From the IMG/VR virus record IMGVR_UViG_3300026549_000335, positions 1 to 16,727 of that record: 16,727 nt of DNA. One strand, 5' to 3'. Below, in pieces: positions 14,470 through 16,727 of the stretch; positions within the stretch are counted from its first letter, which is position 1; every line of letters starts with the position of its first letter. The notes beneath the pieces are model-generated. The model saw only the letters and a program-made list of their open reading frames with translations, did not search any database and had not been told where the DNA came from. This DNA is from a virus. The position numbers and the translations under genes are program-made.

Positions 14470-14730
14470 TCAATTATTTTGTGATAAATTCTTATTTATG
14501 AGTTTTTTGTAATACCAATAATATCTACTAATACAACTTAACATAAAGTTTGTTTCTCTAAGAGTCATATTACCTCTGTAATATAAATACCATGTACTAT
14601 CAAACATTAATTTTGTAATTCGTTCTAAAAATTTAATTCCAATATATTCTTCTGGATATATTATTTGATTAAAGCTAGTAAAATTTATTCTAACTTTACG
14701 TTCTAACTGGTGCTTTCTTTTGTTTGTCAT
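14470..14730 (-). CDS. Small early protein, paralog family member 1
   Basis: 86 aa. The start overlaps the upstream stop (ATGA). RBS AAGAGG is followed by TATAAT-ATG. Confidence 0.7.
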   Translation of the reverse strand: MTNKRKHQLERKVRINFTSFNQIIYPEEYIGIKFLERITKLMFDSTWYLYYRGNMTLRETNFMLSCISRYYWYYKKLINKNLSQNN

Positions 14731-15023
14731 ATTATAAAAAACCTCTTTTCTATTATCCTATGATAAAACTTTACTATGTTATCAGCAATTTCCTTTGATG
14801 ATACACCACTTAACATATCATAGTCAAGTGTATCTAAGAAAAAACGCTTTTCTCCGAGTTCGCGGGTCTTTACTATGACATACCACATATTTTCTATTGT
14901 GGCAAAACCATAGTATACTTTTCCTTTTACTTGTTTAGCGACTTTTGTCGCTATCTCTACAACAAAATCTTCATAGATTTCATCAATCTCCGATTGTGAC
15001 ATTTTTCTGTTTTTGTATAGCAT
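14727..15023 (-). CDS. Hypothetical early protein (98 aa)
   Basis: RBS AAAGAGG lies 7 nt upstream of the ATG at 15023. It is packed in the same strand and operon. Confidence 0.6.
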   Translation of the reverse strand: MLYKNRKMSQSEIDEIYEDFVVEIATKVAKQVKGKVYYGFATIENMWYVIVKTRELGEKRFFLDTLDYDMLSGVSSKEIADNIVKFYHRIIEKRFFII

Positions 15024-15038
15024 TGTATGACCTCTTTT

Positions 15039-15239
15039 CTATTCAACAACATCTATTTTTAACATTGCTTTTTCTGACATTGCCCTATATTGCACTACTT
15101 TCATAGCTGACAGCTGCATATTATTTAAAATCTCTGATTTAGTATAATATTCAGTTATATCATACTGAATATCATGCAAACAAAACGATGTCGCTATACT
15201 ATATTTTACAAGTGTAGCAAGCTTTATATTATTTGTCAT
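15039..15239 (-). CDS. Hypothetical early protein (66 aa)
   Basis: I prefer the ATG at 15239 (MTNNIKL), which has RBS AAGAGGTGG. The track start at 15248 is a GTG inside that RBS. Confidence 0.5.
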   Translation of the reverse strand: MTNNIKLATLVKYSIATSFCLHDIQYDITEYYTKSEILNNMQLSAMKVVQYRAMSEKAMLKIDVVE

Positions 15240-15279
15240 TGTTTCCACCTCTTTTCGTTCTTTGCTCTATTCAATTGTA

Positions 15280-15314
15280 AAGCCTATGTGCGGACTTGCA
15301 CCGCACATAAGCTT
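15280..15314 (-). other. Strong GC-rich stem-loop (possible terminator or processing site) with loop UGCAAGU
   Basis: AAGC-c-TATGTGCGG acttgca CCGCACATA-a-GCTT. The c/a mismatch (15284/15310) is G-U in minus sense, giving 14 consecutive pairs. Only a weak U-rich tail follows. Confidence 0.55.
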
Positions 15315-15325
15315 GAACGCTTAAG

Positions 15326-15520
15326 CTATGCTCTATAACCATGCTCAATTGCATATGATAGAGTGTATTCATTAACGAGAATGAACTCTTTAATGTCGTC
15401 AAAATCGTACTCAAAAACGTCTTGTCCTTCTTTTATTTTGAGTAGACCTAAGTCTGACTCAAAATTGCAGTTATTAAATTGCTCATAACTTCCACCATAA
15501 AATATCAAAAATACGTTCAT
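15326..15520 (-). CDS. Small, strongly acidic early protein (64 aa)
   Basis: I prefer the ATG at 15520 (MNVFLIFYGG), which has RBS AAAGAGG. I count 12 D/E against 4 K/R. Confidence 0.5.
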   Translation of the reverse strand: MNVFLIFYGGSYEQFNNCNFESDLGLLKIKEGQDVFEYDFDDIKEFILVNEYTLSYAIEHGYRA

Positions 15521-15536
15521 AATAACCTCTTTTCTA

Positions 15537-15560
15537 CCCACTGAATTTTTATCCAGTGGG
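15537..15560 (-). other. Intergenic stem-loop CCCACTG N10 CAGTGGG
   Basis: Perfect 7-bp stem between the stop at 15569 and the RBS of the next gene. No U-tract follows in minus sense. Confidence 0.45.
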
Positions 15561-15568
15561 ATTTACTT

Positions 15569-15757
15569 TTATGCTATTTCAATTACTATATATGCTTCAT
15601 ATCTACCTGTAAGCGAATAAATGGAATTAACAATTTTTCCAAAATATTCAATAGGTATATCTGTTTTTTTACCATACCATAAGCATATGTTATTTTTCGA
15701 TTTTATTTCAATTTCCTCATCATCAAAAATAACTCTGTATAAATCTTGTACTGTCAT
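15569..15757 (-). CDS. Hypothetical early protein (62 aa)
   Basis: Strong RBS GGAAGGAGG upstream of the ATG at 15757. Confidence 0.6.
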   Translation of the reverse strand: MTVQDLYRVIFDDEEIEIKSKNNICLWYGKKTDIPIEYFGKIVNSIYSLTGRYEAYIVIEIA

Positions 15758-15758
15758 G

Positions 15759-16040
15759 TTATTTTACCTCCTTCCTGGTTTCATTGTCAAGTTCTACAGC
15801 GTACTGTAAAAACATATTCTCTGACATACCATATAGCTTTTCACTAACTTCTACATTTTCTAATTTTATAAACTTACAACTTGGATTTTCTGCAATAAAT
15901 TGCTTTTCAATTTCTTTATCAGTTGGTGCGCCGACTGTTTCAAGTACATCCTCTCTGACTTCATTATTCTCAAGGTCAAAATAAATGACCTCATATTTTG
16001 TTACCTTAATAGTTCTGGTTACCATTTTCGATTTTCTCAT
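15759..16040 (-). CDS. p6-like dsDNA-binding protein paralog B (93 aa, no acidic tail)
   Basis: I prefer the ATG at 16040 (MRKSKMVTRTI), which has RBS AAAAGGAGA. It aligns with 13082-13414: MRKSKMVTRTI against MRKPMVTRTI, and KLYGMSENMFLQYAVELDNETRKEVK against ELYGMDEADFIAGALILDPATRKEIK. The track start at 16133 runs through a terminator hairpin. Confidence 0.6.
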   Translation of the reverse strand: MRKSKMVTRTIKVTKYEVIYFDLENNEVREDVLETVGAPTDKEIEKQFIAENPSCKFIKLENVEVSEKLYGMSENMFLQYAVELDNETRKEVK

Positions 16041-16104
16041 AGTTTTGTCTCCTTTTGTTTTTGTCTTTGTTTGAATGTTACTATCTGATATTACTATCAG
16101 AGAT

Positions 16105-16131
16105 ACAAAAGAGTCGGAGTTGCACCGACTC
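16105..16131 (-). terminator. Stem-loop plus U-tract after the first early gene (loop UGCAACU)
   Basis: GAGTCGG agttgca CCGACTC (16111-16131), followed in minus sense by UUUUGUAU (plus 16103-16110). Confidence 0.55.
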
Positions 16132-16139
16132 AAGAGCTT

Positions 16140-16472
16140 TTAAGCTCTCCAAAACTCTTGTCTTGTTTTGGTGATATACAATTGACCTATAAATTCATCA
16201 GTTGTCTTGTCATACACATCGATTGATAATGTAAACATCATACAATTATAACTTCTTATTGTAAAATGTCTAAATATATAATCCTTGTCACCATCTATAT
16301 ACCATTTCAACCAATCGCTATAAATTTTAAACTTTGCATCACTAGGTTTTGCATAGCAATCACCTAAACTCCGCAGTTGTGTAGTAGTAGGGCGCAACTT
16401 ACCCTTAACTTGTTTGACCTCAAAAGTTTCATTATTCAATTTAATATACTGTTTCATGTTAAAAATACCCAT
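16140..16472 (-). CDS. First early gene, hypothetical protein (110 aa, or 105 aa from the ATG at 16457)
   Basis: Long ORF nearest the right ITR. The SD-like AAGGAAAGGGG lies 17 nt upstream of the first ATG, separated from it by a hairpin. I do not recognise a function. Confidence 0.6.
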   Translation of the reverse strand: MGIFNMKQYIKLNNETFEVKQVKGKLRPTTTQLRSLGDCYAKPSDAKFKIYSDWLKWYIDGDKDYIFRHFTIRSYNCMMFTLSIDVYDKTTDEFIGQLYITKTRQEFWRA

Positions 16473-16527
16473 AGTACTCGCTTAGAGTACCCCTTTCCTT
16501 TATCTTTAAGTACATTATATAGGTCAG

Positions 16528-16569
16528 TTGTGAACAGCGTATGACAAAAATGTAAACAAATTGTGAACA
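16528..16569. promoter_or_regulatory. Two exact TTGTGAACA boxes 33 bp apart in the right-end control region
   Basis: TTGTGAACA occurs at 16528-16536 and 16561-16569. Both lie between the right ITR and the first early gene. Confidence 0.4.
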
Positions 16570-16595
16570 TTTTATATAGTACTATAGTACTAAGT

Positions 16596-16727
16596 TAGAC
16601 ACAACTAACTTCGTGCACTCACGGTACCACGCTGACGTGCTAACGTTGTACCACTGCAACGCGTCACCACTTTACCACTGCGCAGTGCTAGGGAAGTACC
16701 AAAAATCTCGACGTTCGAAACGACCCC
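16596..16727. repeat. Right inverted terminal repeat (132 bp)
   Basis: Mirror copy of 1-132, with mismatches at 16646, 16631 and 16617. The window ends in CCCC. Confidence 0.95.
16606..16701. repeat. Degenerate 24-bp tandem repeat x4 inside the right ITR
   Basis: Mirror image of 27-122, by ITR symmetry. Confidence 0.8.

Noticed and set aside
15621-16088. Plus-strand ORFs 15621-15809, 15784-15984 and 15900-16088
   Set aside because: They are antisense to RBS-supported early genes, in a region where every credible gene and terminator is minus-sense.
2779-16133. Longer N-terminal extensions given in the ORF track (starts at 2790, 5239, 7005, 8248, 10053, 13745, 15248, 15541 and 16133)
   Set aside because: Most of these begin at GTG or TTG codons, and those at 8248 and 10053 are ATGs. 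All of them lack an upstream SD, lie inside an SD, or cross a hairpin or the previous gene. In each case an internal ATG with a strong GGAGG/GGTGA-type SD at 5-9 nt spacing is the better start.
1-16727. Search for an integrase, a repressor/lysogeny module, tRNA genes, CRISPR arrays or transposable elements
   Set aside because: No ORF shows recombinase or HTH-repressor hallmarks. The intergenic regions are too short and too AT-rich for tRNA cloverleaves, and there are no spaced direct-repeat arrays. The genome looks strictly virulent and compact.

Overview
The window appears to be a complete linear genome (16,727 bp) of a small phi29-like, protein-primed podophage, probably infecting an AT-rich Gram-positive host. 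Imperfect 132-bp inverted terminal repeats (ITRs) are flush with both window ends and terminate in GGGG. They are about half G+C, while the interior is visibly AT-rich.

All convincing genes but one lie on the minus strand. From the right end inward:
- Small early ORFs (16472 to 13518) include a tandem three-copy paralog family.
- The replication module runs p6-like dsDNA-binding protein, p5-like SSB, a small terminal-protein (TP) candidate, then a family-B DNA polymerase. This is the phi29 gene 6-5-3-2 order.
- Two Cys-rich mini-ORFs that are absent from the supplied ORF track sit just after the polymerase.
- The late operon runs holin, endolysin, tail lysozyme, scaffold, capsid with an Ig-like domain, tail knob, connector, lower collar, then a beta-helix appendage.

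The only plus-strand gene is the gp16-like packaging ATPase. It is driven from a mirror-image promoter pair that overlaps the late promoter.

The main items worth follow-up:
- A literal 24-bp phased repeat array fills each ITR, and the genome encodes two p6-like paralogs.
- The TP candidate is unusually small and is ATGA-coupled to the polymerase.
- Repeated TT(G/A)TGAAC boxes and a shared 11-mer mark two early control regions.
- A set of GC-rich stem-loops has its single mismatch resolving to G-U only in minus-sense RNA.

I found no integrase, repressor, tRNA or CRISPR array. All homology statements come from motif recognition by eye, not from a database search.
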